This document shows, piece by piece, positions 35,474 through 45,008 of a DNA stretch of 64,000 bases. The stretch lies in the NCBI GenBank assembly GCA_035400585.1, contig DAOMZR010000002.1, forward strand, positions 79,364 to 143,363, in the 5' to 3' direction. How positions within the stretch are numbered: position 1 is the first letter of the stretch; the number at the start of each line of letters is the position of its first letter. The notes below the pieces were generated by a model. That model ran no database searches and had not been told where the DNA came from. It saw nothing but the letters and a program-made list of their open reading frames with translations. Source of the DNA: a bacterium. Its GTDB lineage: Bacteria > Patescibacteriota > Patescibacteriia > Patescibacteriales > UBA12465. Made by a program: the position numbers and the translations under genes.

Positions 35474-35508
35474 ATTTTTAATTTTGAAATTTATGTCTTA
35501 AAAAAGAA

Positions 35509-36537
35509 TTAAAATTGTTTTAAAAATCTTAAATCCCCACTATTAAACAAACGAGTATCGTCTATGTTGTATTTCAACATTACCAAGCGATCTAAACCAA
35601 AGCCAAAAGCAAAACCGGAATACTTTTTAGGATCTATTCCACCGCTTTTTAAAACCTCAGGATGGATCATGCCACAACCCAAAATTTCCAGCCAACCAGA
35701 ATATTTACAAACGCGACAACCCTTTCCACCACATAAGAAGCAAGTGTACTCGCCGTTGCTTCCAGGCTCAACAAAAGGATAATATTTTGGCCTCATTCTA
35801 AGTTTAGTGTTTGGACCATATAGTTTTTTTCCAACAGTTTCTAAAACACCTTTTAAGTGAGAAAAATTGATTCCTTCGTCAATAACTATTCCTTCTAGTT
35901 GATAAAAAGTATGTTCGTGCCTAGCATCAGTGGCTTCATTTCTAAAACATCTGCCAGGAACAATAGCTCTGAGAGGAGCCCCATATTTTTTCATTGCTCT
36001 AATTTGAACCGGAGAGGTATGGGTTCTCATAATCATATCATATTGACCTTCCTTGTTTTTTAAATCAACAAAGAATGTGTCTTGCATCTCTCTGGCTGGA
36101 TGATGAGGGGCAAAGTTTAGAGCAGTAAAATTATGATAATCGCTTTCTAACTCTGGCCCTTCAACCACCATAAAACCCATAGAATAAAAAAGATCTTCTA
36201 TTTCTTGTCTAATTTGGGTTAATGGATGCAAATGTCCAATCTCCGTTCTTTGAGCTGGCAAACTTGGGTCAAATTTTTCTTTAGAAATTTTTTGTTTTTC
36301 AATTCTGGCCTTAGTTTCTTGTAAATTTACCAGCAAATCCTGTTTAATGTTGTTAGCTAACTGCCCAATATCTTTTTTAAGATCTTCGCTTAAATCCTTT
36401 ATGCCCTTCAAAATATTATTAAAATCGCTTTTGCGACTAAAATATTTTTCTTCCAATTCTTTAAGACTTACCAAATCTTTAACTTCTTCTAATCCCTTGC
36501 TTATTTCTTCTTTTAGTTTTAATAGTTTTTCTTTCAT
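35509..36537 (-). CDS. pheS: phenylalanine--tRNA ligase alpha subunit
   Basis: HPLTQIRQEIEDLFYSMGF, class II motifs, FGFGLDRLVML. The internal ATG (MKEKLLKLKEE) is preferred over the track start at 36579. Confidence 0.9.
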   Translation of the reverse strand: MKEKLLKLKEEISKGLEEVKDLVSLKELEEKYFSRKSDFNNILKGIKDLSEDLKKDIGQLANNIKQDLLVNLQETKARIEKQKISKEKFDPSLPAQRTEIGHLHPLTQIRQEIEDLFYSMGFMVVEGPELESDYHNFTALNFAPHHPAREMQDTFFVDLKNKEGQYDMIMRTHTSPVQIRAMKKYGAPLRAIVPGRCFRNEATDARHEHTFYQLEGIVIDEGINFSHLKGVLETVGKKLYGPNTKLRMRPKYYPFVEPGSNGEYTCFLCGGKGCRVCKYSGWLEILGCGMIHPEVLKSGGIDPKKYSGFAFGFGLDRLVMLKYNIDDTRLFNSGDLRFLKQF

Positions 36538-36547
36538 ATTTAAAAAA

Positions 36548-36919
36548 TTATTTTTCCGATATAAATATATATTCCACAATTGATAAAATTAATATAACAA
36601 TTATTATGTTTAACCAGGAAAATAAATCCCCGGCTAACATTATAAGAATAGCGATTAACAAAAAGGACAGTAAAAAAGACTGACGAAAAGAGGTTTTGAC
36701 TAGGTTGAATGGTAGGTTACTTTTAGAGAAAATTAATCTCAGAACAAAACCTAAAACAGTCAAGGCACTGCTTGAGGCAAAAAACAGAGAAAAATAAAAC
36801 AAAGCCAAGCCAACCCAATTAGTTGTTTCTGGATTAACCACTTGAGCTATAAAAACAAAAACAGCCCAAAGCAAAAGGCTTAAAAAGCTCATTGAAATGA
36901 GATATTTTTTGAGAGTCAT
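36548..36919 (-). CDS. hypothetical 4-TM membrane protein
   Basis: 123 aa and hydrophobic. No family recognised. Confidence 0.45.
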   Translation of the reverse strand: MTLKKYLISMSFLSLLLWAVFVFIAQVVNPETTNWVGLALFYFSLFFASSSALTVLGFVLRLIFSKSNLPFNLVKTSFRQSFLLSFLLIAILIMLAGDLFSWLNIIIVILILSIVEYIFISEK

Positions 36920-36983
36920 ATATTTTTTTACTATTTTATAGTAGCAAAATTAGGCCTTTTGGTCAAATAAAGTCATAATTTTT

Positions 36984-37010
36984 TAAAAAAAGACCAGTTA
37001 AAAACTGGTC
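36984..37010 (-). terminator. rho-independent terminator
   Basis: GACCAGTT-AAA-AACTGGTC; on the minus strand it is followed by a T-run. Confidence 0.75.
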
Positions 37011-37026
37011 AAAAATATTTTATTCT

Positions 37027-37524
37027 TTAAAACCTCGGGATAACCACCAGCCTAGGATCTTTAGGCTTCCAAAGATGGTTAGATTGCAAACTACTAACCA
37101 CAGCACTTATTCCATTTGCAAAAAAATTAATAAAAACAACAAAATATTCGTTCTTTTTCTCTAATTCACTCTTTTCTTCGAGAAGAAAAAACAAGGTATA
37201 TCCCTGAAAAATTGGTTCTCTTCGATATTTTCTGCAGAAATCAATCATTTGGGATTGGGTTAAGCAGATATCTTTTAGATCTTTTCCGAAAGAATTAAAA
37301 ATTTCTTTAAAATTACCATCGGACTTCAATTCGTAGAAATCCAAGACAATCTCGTTGCTAGCTGGACCAAACTTATCAAGCTTCGGACTCCTAAAATCTT
37401 GGTCAAGATAGATGTTAAAAATTTCCGAATTTGAAAATTTCTTTTTACCGTCGGAAGCTTCGATTAAAAAATCCTTGCCGGTTGGAAATTCTACGAGTAA
37501 TTTTTTAGTTACTACTTCATCCAT
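37027..37524 (-). CDS. hypothetical cytoplasmic protein (monocistronic)
   Basis: 165-aa ORF bracketed by its own promoter and terminator. No family recognised. Confidence 0.5.
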   Translation of the reverse strand: MDEVVTKKLLVEFPTGKDFLIEASDGKKKFSNSEIFNIYLDQDFRSPKLDKFGPASNEIVLDFYELKSDGNFKEIFNSFGKDLKDICLTQSQMIDFCRKYRREPIFQGYTLFFLLEEKSELEKKNEYFVVFINFFANGISAVVSSLQSNHLWKPKDPRLVVIPRF

Positions 37525-37588
37525 GTCTTATAAGGGTTTTGGTTTTAAATTAAAGCTAAAATTTTAATATACTAAAGTCTAACGAACA

Positions 37589-37617
37589 TTTATACTATAT
37601 TTAAATTTTATTGTCAA
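37589..37617 (-). promoter_or_regulatory. sigma70-type promoter
   Basis: Minus strand reads TTGACA-17 nt-TATAAA. Confidence 0.55.
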
Positions 37618-37678
37618 TATGTTGTTTTTTGCCTATTTTTATTGGCATTTTTGTCAATTTTTGTACATTTAAACCTTG

Positions 37679-37707
37679 TTGACTGAAACTAAAAATAAAG
37701 ATATAAT
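37679..37707 (+). promoter_or_regulatory. consensus sigma70 promoter
   Basis: TTGACT-17 nt-TATAAT, 22 nt before the ATG at 37730. Confidence 0.65.
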
Positions 37708-37729
37708 GTAAAGTTAGCTTAAATTTTTT

Positions 37730-38983
37730 ATGTTACCAACAAGTAGCCAATTTTTTAATTTAATAGATAAATCAAAAAACATTTTGATTAGTTTTCCTAT
37801 TGACTGGAACGGCGATGCCATTGCCAGTTCTTTGGCTATGTATTTATATTTAAAAAAAATTGGCAAAAATGTTGAAATTGGAGCTGAGAAAATGCAAAAA
37901 AACAATAATTTTAAAATTCCGGCTGAGTCCTTTAAATTTTTACCGGCCTTTTCGGAAATAAAAAACTCATTGGAAAATTTGATGAAGTTTGTTGTATCGC
38001 TGGATTTAAGCAACACTAAAGTTAGTCATGTGAAATACACTATTGAAGATAATAAATTAAATTTTATAATATCACCTCAAAATGGTTTTTTCACTAATGA
38101 TGACATAAAATCAAGCATGAGTGGTTTTAAATATGATTTAATAATAACCTTAAACACACACGATTTAGAATCTTTGGGCAGAATTTATGATAATAATATT
38201 GATTTTTTCTATAAAACCAACATTATAAATATTGATCATAGCCCAGAAAATGAAGAGTTCGGACAATTAAATATCATAAATTTAAATGCGGTTTCCACCA
38301 GCGAGGTTGTTTATAATCTTTTTTTTGATCATAAAAAAGAATTAATTGACGAACAAATAGCGACTTGCTTGCTTACTGGAATAATATTTAAAACTAAAAG
38401 TTTTAAGACTAACAACTTAACACCTCAGACATTAAAAGTGAGCTCTGACTTGATTGAGCTGGGCGCCAAACGAGAAGAGATAGTCTCTAATCTATATAGA
38501 TCCAGAAGCTTAAATACTTTAAAGCTTTGGGGAAGAGTTCTCAATAATTTAAAATCAATCGAGAGTAATAGTATTGTTTGGGCAACTTTGTTTAAAAATG
38601 ATTTTAGAGAAACCAAAGCCGGAGAAGAAAATTTGCAAGATATAATAGATGAATTGATAGTTAGCATGCCTAGCGCCAAAATAATTATTATCTTCTACTC
38701 TCTGTCAGAGCTGTCTGTTTTAGAAAATAATTATATCAACGAAGAAGATAAGAGTGAGTTTGATGATAAAACAATAATTATTCATGATGAAAAAAATGAG
38801 GAAATTTTTCAAACCAAAGCTATTGTTTACTCTGTTAAAAATATAAATTCTCTGGAAATATTAAAAGAATATGGCCCGGAAGGAACAAAAAAAATAGCTC
38901 AAGCCAATATTAAAAAACCAATAAAAGAAGTAGAAAAAACAGTGATAGAAACGGTTAAAAAACGTCTTGAAAAAATATTTTAA
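37730..38983 (+). CDS. DHH/DHHA1-family phosphoesterase-like protein (NrnA-like) with degenerate motifs
   Basis: NILISFPIDWNGDAIASSLAMYLYLKKIGKNVEI and NIDHSPENEEFG align to NrnA motifs, but with substitutions. Confidence 0.65.
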   Translation: MLPTSSQFFNLIDKSKNILISFPIDWNGDAIASSLAMYLYLKKIGKNVEIGAEKMQKNNNFKIPAESFKFLPAFSEIKNSLENLMKFVVSLDLSNTKVSHVKYTIEDNKLNFIISPQNGFFTNDDIKSSMSGFKYDLIITLNTHDLESLGRIYDNNIDFFYKTNIINIDHSPENEEFGQLNIINLNAVSTSEVVYNLFFDHKKELIDEQIATCLLTGIIFKTKSFKTNNLTPQTLKVSSDLIELGAKREEIVSNLYRSRSLNTLKLWGRVLNNLKSIESNSIVWATLFKNDFRETKAGEENLQDIIDELIVSMPSAKIIIIFYSLSELSVLENNYINEEDKSEFDDKTIIIHDEKNEEIFQTKAIVYSVKNINSLEILKEYGPEGTKKIAQANIKKPIKEVEKTVIETVKKRLEKIF

Positions 38984-39036
38984 TAGTGTTAAAATCACTA
39001 CAGCTAGAATAAATCTAGTTTTTTTCTTTACGTTTA

Positions 39037-39110
39037 GGGCGTATAGCTCAGTTGGTTAGAGCGTTACGTTGACATCGTAAAGGTCTCCCGTTCGAGTCGG
39101 GATACGCCCA
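39037..39110 (+). tRNA. tRNA-Val (anticodon GAC)
   Basis: GGGCGTA..TTACG-TTGACAT-CGTAA..CCCGTTCGAGTCGGG-ATACGCCC-A. Confidence 0.9.
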
Positions 39111-39116
39111 CTTTAC

Positions 39117-39190
39117 GGGCATATAGCTCAGTTGGTTAGAGCACCGCCCTTATAAGGCGGGGGTCGATGGTTCAAGTCCATCTATGCCCA
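39117..39190 (+). tRNA. tRNA-Ile (anticodon UAU)
   Basis: GGGCATA-TA-GCTC-AGTTGGTTA-GAGC-A-CCGCC-CTTATAA-GGCGG-GGGTC-GATGG-TTCAAGT-CCATC-TATGCCC-A. Confidence 0.85.
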
Positions 39191-39195
39191 CAAAT

Positions 39196-39226
39196 AAAAA
39201 AGAGTTCAAATTTGAACTCTTTTTTT
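39196..39226. terminator. bidirectional terminator (20-bp perfect palindrome)
   Basis: AGAGTTCAAA|TTTGAACTCT with A-run and T-run flanks. Confidence 0.8.
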
Positions 39227-39240
39227 ATGTTTTTATTTGT

Positions 39241-40329
39241 TTAATCCTTCAAACACCTAACTGAAACACCCTGATTAGGATCAGCGATATTTCTGGCTAT
39301 ACCATCGCTTGAACCACTGACTATTCTTCTGTTATAACTATCATCGGAAAAAGAAGACCAAAAAGTAGTCAGAGTATTAAAACTATTAAAAGTTCCTATA
39401 TAACTACGCCCTCCAGCGGGAAGGGCTGCAAATCCATAATCATCAGTTCCAGCACTCCAAGAAGTGGCTCTTAATTTTTTTCCCGCAGGCACACACTCAT
39501 ACGAACCAGCGCTATCAGGATTGCAAGAATTGCCAATATCAACTAAATAACTTTCTAGTGCATGCCATTCGTCATCATTGGGAACGTGCCAACCGGTTGG
39601 ACATAAACCGTTTACATTACTCATGGCATAACGGTTATAAAAAGCTCCGTATGGATTTTTATAAGTAGCTTCATCGTTGTTATACCAACAATATGCGCCA
39701 GTCGTATCACTAGACCATGCCGTATTATCAGTTAAATTTAATATCGACACACCATTTCTATATTTGGTAGTTTTAAGGTTGGGCGTCATCCAACATTGAG
39801 CTCCAATTTGAATTGTTTGATAAATATTATTATCAGCATCAGAAATTGTACTAGCACCACAAACAAACTGAGCCTCACCACCAGTAGAACCACTACTAAT
39901 TATTATTCCTCCTGGAGTCATTTGTTTGGCTCCTTCGGGTAAATCTGATACTTGTTTACCAGTACAGAAATCAATGGTATAACTAGCTCCACTGTTTTGA
40001 GGTGTGTAAACATAAGTATTAGAGGCTTCTAGACAATTACCATCGGCAGGAGAAGGAGCAGAAGGAATAGAATACATAAATGTTTCTTGAGAAGAGGAAG
40101 AAACTATAGTACCGCTATTCCATTCATCGGTAGTGGGATATCTGCCATTTTCATTAAAGAATAGTTCTAGAGCAGTTTGAACTTGTTTCATATCAGCCAT
40201 TCTTTTAGAGTCTCTAGCTCTAGATCTTGCTTGTTGTAGGGCTACTACTGCAAGTGTTGCTAGTATGCCAATAATGGCTATTACTACTAGGAGTTCAATG
40301 AGGGTAAAACCTCGTTTTTGTTTAAACAT
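39241..40329 (-). CDS. type IV pilin-like protein fused to a FISUMP (Fibrobacter succinogenes major paralogous, TIGR02145-like) domain
   Basis: MFKQKRG|FTLIELLVVIAIIGILATLAVVAL prepilin motif. The C-terminal part has QCWMTPNLKTTKYRNG, LCPTGWHVPNDDEWHALESYL, GFAALPAGGRS and GVSVRCLKD. The internal ATG at 40329 is preferred over the track start at 40425. Confidence 0.85.
   Translation of the reverse strand: MFKQKRGFTLIELLVVIAIIGILATLAVVALQQARSRARDSKRMADMKQVQTALELFFNENGRYPTTDEWNSGTIVSSSSQETFMYSIPSAPSPADGNCLEASNTYVYTPQNSGASYTIDFCTGKQVSDLPEGAKQMTPGGIIISSGSTGGEAQFVCGASTISDADNNIYQTIQIGAQCWMTPNLKTTKYRNGVSILNLTDNTAWSSDTTGAYCWYNNDEATYKNPYGAFYNRYAMSNVNGLCPTGWHVPNDDEWHALESYLVDIGNSCNPDSAGSYECVPAGKKLRATSWSAGTDDYGFAALPAGGRSYIGTFNSFNTLTTFWSSFSDDSYNRRIVSGSSDGIARNIADPNQGVSVRCLKD
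40237..40329 (-). other. prepilin-type N-terminal cleavage/methylation segment
   Basis: KRG|FTLIELLVV plus a hydrophobic helix. Confidence 0.8.
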
Positions 40330-40444
40330 AATATTTGGATTATTTTTAAATACTGAGAGTTTTATTGCACATAGTTGCTGTGCGACGTGCAATCTCTTTA
40401 TTTTTTTTAAAAAAATGGCATACATTATACAACTTAAATTTAAA

Positions 40445-40981
40445 TTATATTTTTATTTCTTTAAAAATATTATTTAGTTCTGACATTTCTTTTTCGGAAA
40501 ACTTTTGCAAAACAAATTTATCTCCCGGAATATATTTTCTAGTCTCATTGTTTATTCCTATTCTAATTCTCTTAAAATTTTTGGTTTTTAGATGATTAAT
40601 TATTGACTGCACGCCGTTGTGACCAGCGCTAGAAGCATTAACGGAAACTTTATGTTTACCAAAATCGATATCTAAATCATCGTGAACAACAGTCAAATCG
40701 TTAGTTAAATTAAGATCTTTTATGGAAAACAAGCCCATTTTTTTGGGTAATAACTTATAGAAATCCATAAAAGATCTAAGGGCTACCCCTGAATTATTCA
40801 TGTAGGTTCTAGGTTTTAAAAACCAAATATTGTTATGAAAACAAATATCAGCATTAAACTTTTTATTAAACTCCCAAGAAGCATCTTGTCCCAAAAAATA
40901 ATCTAAAAACAACCAAGCCACGTTGTGCCTGGTTTTTTCATATTCTTTTCCTGAATTTCCTAGGGCTATTATTATTTTCAT
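40445..40981 (-). CDS. pth: peptidyl-tRNA hydrolase
   Basis: MKIIIALGNSGKEYEKTRHNVAWLFLD; AGHNGVQS motif. Confidence 0.9.
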   Translation of the reverse strand: MKIIIALGNSGKEYEKTRHNVAWLFLDYFLGQDASWEFNKKFNADICFHNNIWFLKPRTYMNNSGVALRSFMDFYKLLPKKMGLFSIKDLNLTNDLTVVHDDLDIDFGKHKVSVNASSAGHNGVQSIINHLKTKNFKRIRIGINNETRKYIPGDKFVLQKFSEKEMSELNNIFKEIKI

Positions 40982-41056
40982 AATAAAATTATAGCAAAAA
41001 TAAACAAAAAAGACGAGAAGTAAAATTCTCGTCTTTTTCTATAACTAAATATACAA

Positions 41057-44000
41057 TTATTTATATATCTCCCTAGCCTTCTTTCCTTTATAGCCAGTTC
41101 CTGCTGGAATCAAACATCCAATAATAACATTTTCTTTCAAGCCTTCTAGATAATCAACTTTACCACTAAGTGCTGCCTCAATCAAAACTCTTGGAGTTTC
41201 TTGGAAGGAAGCGGCTGACAAAAAGCTATCAGTAGTTAAAGATGTTTTAGTAATACCTAATAACAATTTTTCTCCTTTAGCCTTTGATTTTCCCTCTTTA
41301 TTTGCTTGATATAAAACTTCTTCTTCAACAACTTCTCCTGGAAGTAAGGTGGTATCACCAGAATCTTTAATCATATAACGAGAAAACATCTGTCTAGCAA
41401 TGATTTCAATATGTTTGTCGTTTAAAGGTTGTCCTTGAGAGGAGTAAACATACTGAATTTCTTTAATAATATACTTTTGGGTTTCTAATTGACCTCTCAA
41501 TTTGTATAATTCTTTTAAATCAAAGCTTCCTTCGGTCAAACGATCTCCTGGCTTTACTGTTTCGCCATCTTTTACCCAAATCATAACCCCCTTAGGAATT
41601 GTAAACTCTTGAATTTTGTCTACTTCATAAGAAATAGTGACAAATTTATCACTAATTTTAACAACGCCGGACTCTTTAGCTTTAACACTTTTATTGCCAA
41701 CAGAATAAAGTTCAGATCCTTTTGAAATTTTGGCTCCATCTTCAACTTTAACCTTTGGTTCTAAATCTTTTTTAGCTACTTTTTCTCCAGATAATTTTAT
41801 CTCGTTTATCAATTCTTTAAAGTAATATTTTTCACTAGCTTTACCTTTATAAATTATCTTTAAGATTTTCTCTTGAGGATTATCTACTAAAATTTCTTTT
41901 CCGTCTTTATCTCTAATAGTTCTTTGACCAAACTCAATTTTAATTTTACCTTCAACTTCGGCCATTAATGCTTTTTTCTTTGGAGTTCTATTTTCAAAAA
42001 TTTCTTCAACCCTAGGCAAACCTTGAGTAATATCATCAGCTCCAGCTACACCTCCAGTATGGAAGGTTCTCATGGTCAACTGTGTTCCAGGTTCTCCAAT
42101 GGATTGAGCGGCAATAATACCAACCGTTGTTCCAATTTTTACTTCTTTGTTATAAGCCAAATCGACTCCATAACATTTGGCACAAACTCCTTTGTGTAAT
42201 TTACAAGATAAAACTGACCTAATCCAAGCTTCTTCAATATCCTTATTTTTAATTTCTTTAATAACATCTTCAGTTATTAAATTTCCAGCCTCAACTAAAA
42301 CTTTTCCTTTTTTATCAGTTAAATCTTTGGCCAAATATCTTCCTAAGATTTTTCTAAAGAAATCATCGTTATCTTTTTCTACCTCGGCTCTATTTATTAA
42401 TAATCCTTCTTTCTCTCCACAATCATCTTCAGTTATTATAACATCTTGCGCCACATCAACTAAACGACGAGTTAAATAACCAGCATTAGCGGTTCTAAGA
42501 GCGGTATCAGATAAACCTTTTCTGGTAGCGTGAGTAGCGATAAAGTATTCCAAAACAGAAAAGCCTTTTTTCAAATTACCCTTAATTGGCAATTCAATAA
42601 TAGCGCCTGAAGGAGAGGTTACCAAACCTTTCATACCAATAATCTGAACTGGCTGAGCCCAAGAACCTCTAGCTCCAGAATCAATCATAGAGTAAACTGG
42701 CAATGATTGTTTTAATCCCTCTTTACAAAATTCGGCTATTTTTTCTTTAGTGGTTGTCCAAACTTCAATAACTTTATTATATCTTTCACTGTCAGTTAAA
42801 AGACCTTCTTCAAATTGTTCTCTAATTTGATCAACTTGATTGTTGACTGCTTCAATTAATTTATCTTTTTCTGGTAATTCTGGCAGATCGCCAAAACCCC
42901 AAGACAAACCACTCTTGGTTATATATTTAAAGCTTAAGTTCTTTAAATTATCAATGAATTTAACTGTTTCGTCTTCTCCATAAAGACTTAAACAATCCTT
43001 AATTATGCTTTTTATTTTATTTTTACCCAAAACTTCATTAACATAAGAGATTTTGTCTGGTAAAATTTTATTAAAAATAATTCTACCAATCGTTGTAGTT
43101 AACATTTCTTTTCCATCTCTAACTCTAATTAATTCATGTAAATCTATTAACTTATGATCATAGGCCAATAAAGCTTCTTGACTGTCAGAAAAATAACGAT
43201 AATCACTGTCATTTTCTTTTTTCTCAAGTGATCTTTCTAATGTTAGATAATAAGCCCCCCAAACGATATCTTGATTAGGAGCAACTATCGGATCACCAGT
43301 AGCCGGTTTCAATAAGTTGTGAGTAGAAAGCATTATGTCTCTAGCCTCAGCTACAGCCTCCTTAGTGAGCGGAACATGAACGGCCATTTGGTCACCATCA
43401 AAGTCAGCATTAAAAGCAGTACAAACTAGAGGATGAATTTGAATAGCTTTACCTTCAATAAGAGTTGGTTTAAAAGCCTGAATACCCAAACGATGTAAGG
43501 TTGGAGCTCTGTTTAAAAGCACATAAGCTCCTTTAATAATATTTTCTAAAATATCCCAAACTTCATCATTTCCCATTTCTATATATCTAGAAGCACTTCT
43601 AACGTTATGAACCAATTCTCTCTTAATAAGCTCGGCAATAATAAATGGTTTAAACAATTCTAAAGCCATGATTTTTGGCAAACCACATTGATCTAAATTC
43701 AATTTTGGATTAACCACGATAACGCTACGACCAGAGTAATCAACTCTTTTACCTAATAAGTTTTGGCGGAAACGTCCTTGTTTGCCTTTTAAAGCATCAG
43801 CTAAAGATTTTAATTGTCTCTTTTGACCAGTAGAAGCAGTAACCATTTTACTATTTCTAGCAGAATTATCAATTAAAGAATCAACTGCTTCTTGCAACAT
43901 TCTTTTCTCATTACGACAAATAACTTCTGGGGCATTAAGCTCTATTAACTGTTTCAAACGATTGTTTCTGTTAATAACTCTTCTATAAAGATCATTTAAG

Positions 44001-44980
44001 TCAGATGAAGCAAATCTGCCACCATCTAAAGCAACCATCGGTCTTAGATCCGGTGGAATAACTGGAATAACGTCCAAAATCATCCACTCTGGTCTCATGC
44101 CATTGTTTTTAAGATTCTTTAAAACCTTAAGACGTTTAATCATTTTTTCCTTTTTGGCATCAACCACATCTTCTAATTTTTCTTCTATTTTTTTGATTGT
44201 TTTGTCTAAATTTATCCTCTTAAGCAAGGTTTGAACAGCACCAGCTCCAATTTCAGCTTCAAACAAATGACCAAACTTTAAACTCAAATTTTGATATTCT
44301 TGCTCAGTAAGAATTAATAATGGTTTTAAATCTTTTAATTCTTTCTTAACTTTTTCATAATCATCTGACAATTTTGATAATTTTTCTTCTTTTTCTTTTT
44401 CCATTCCTTCTACCTTGGCAGAGAGATCTTTATCCTTATCACTTTCTTTTTTAAGTTGGTTTATTCTATTTTGAGTATCAGCTTCAATGCTTTTAATTTT
44501 ACCTTTATACTCTTTCTTAATAATCTCTAAAGTTTCATTTTTTAATTTTTCATCAACGTCAGTAACTATGAAGTTGGCAAAATAAACAACTTTTTCCAGA
44601 GACTGAATGCTTAAGTTTAAGATTAAACCAATTTTAGAAGATAGTCCTTTTAAAAACCAAATGTGAGAACAAGGGACTTGCAACTTGATGTGACCCATTC
44701 TTTCTCTTCTGACAACGCTTCTAGTAACTTCAACTCCACACTTGTCACAAACAACTCCTTTGTATCTTATTTTTTTATATTTACCACAAGAACATTCCCA
44801 ATCTTTAACTGGACCAAAAATCTTTTCGCAGAAAAGTCCATCCTTTTCTGGTTTTTGTGTACGATAGTTGATGGTTTCTGGTCTAACAACCTCACCTTTT
44901 GACCACTCCAAAATATCTTCGGGAGAAGCTAGTTTTAACCTTATGGCATCAAAATCGCTTGTTTTTATGGGGTTTAACAT
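41057..44980 (-). CDS. rpoC: DNA-directed RNA polymerase subunit beta'
   Basis: Zn-finger CSCGKYKKIRYKGVVCDKCGVEV and catalytic NADFDGDQMAVH. Confidence 0.97.
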   Translation of the reverse strand: MLNPIKTSDFDAIRLKLASPEDILEWSKGEVVRPETINYRTQKPEKDGLFCEKIFGPVKDWECSCGKYKKIRYKGVVCDKCGVEVTRSVVRRERMGHIKLQVPCSHIWFLKGLSSKIGLILNLSIQSLEKVVYFANFIVTDVDEKLKNETLEIIKKEYKGKIKSIEADTQNRINQLKKESDKDKDLSAKVEGMEKEKEEKLSKLSDDYEKVKKELKDLKPLLILTEQEYQNLSLKFGHLFEAEIGAGAVQTLLKRINLDKTIKKIEEKLEDVVDAKKEKMIKRLKVLKNLKNNGMRPEWMILDVIPVIPPDLRPMVALDGGRFASSDLNDLYRRVINRNNRLKQLIELNAPEVICRNEKRMLQEAVDSLIDNSARNSKMVTASTGQKRQLKSLADALKGKQGRFRQNLLGKRVDYSGRSVIVVNPKLNLDQCGLPKIMALELFKPFIIAELIKRELVHNVRSASRYIEMGNDEVWDILENIIKGAYVLLNRAPTLHRLGIQAFKPTLIEGKAIQIHPLVCTAFNADFDGDQMAVHVPLTKEAVAEARDIMLSTHNLLKPATGDPIVAPNQDIVWGAYYLTLERSLEKKENDSDYRYFSDSQEALLAYDHKLIDLHELIRVRDGKEMLTTTIGRIIFNKILPDKISYVNEVLGKNKIKSIIKDCLSLYGEDETVKFIDNLKNLSFKYITKSGLSWGFGDLPELPEKDKLIEAVNNQVDQIREQFEEGLLTDSERYNKVIEVWTTTKEKIAEFCKEGLKQSLPVYSMIDSGARGSWAQPVQIIGMKGLVTSPSGAIIELPIKGNLKKGFSVLEYFIATHATRKGLSDTALRTANAGYLTRRLVDVAQDVIITEDDCGEKEGLLINRAEVEKDNDDFFRKILGRYLAKDLTDKKGKVLVEAGNLITEDVIKEIKNKDIEEAWIRSVLSCKLHKGVCAKCYGVDLAYNKEVKIGTTVGIIAAQSIGEPGTQLTMRTFHTGGVAGADDITQGLPRVEEIFENRTPKKKALMAEVEGKIKIEFGQRTIRDKDGKEILVDNPQEKILKIIYKGKASEKYYFKELINEIKLSGEKVAKKDLEPKVKVEDGAKISKGSELYSVGNKSVKAKESGVVKISDKFVTISYEVDKIQEFTIPKGVMIWVKDGETVKPGDRLTEGSFDLKELYKLRGQLETQKYIIKEIQYVYSSQGQPLNDKHIEIIARQMFSRYMIKDSGDTTLLPGEVVEEEVLYQANKEGKSKAKGEKLLLGITKTSLTTDSFLSAASFQETPRVLIEAALSGKVDYLEGLKENVIIGCLIPAGTGYKGKKAREIYK

Positions 44981-45008
44981 ATATATTTAATTAATGTAAT
45001 TAATTTAA

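Noticed and set aside
37714-38016. 100-aa minus-strand ORF overlapping the start of the DHH gene and its promoter.
   Set aside because: It is antisense to a family-assignable CDS and crosses the consensus promoter. No family resemblance.
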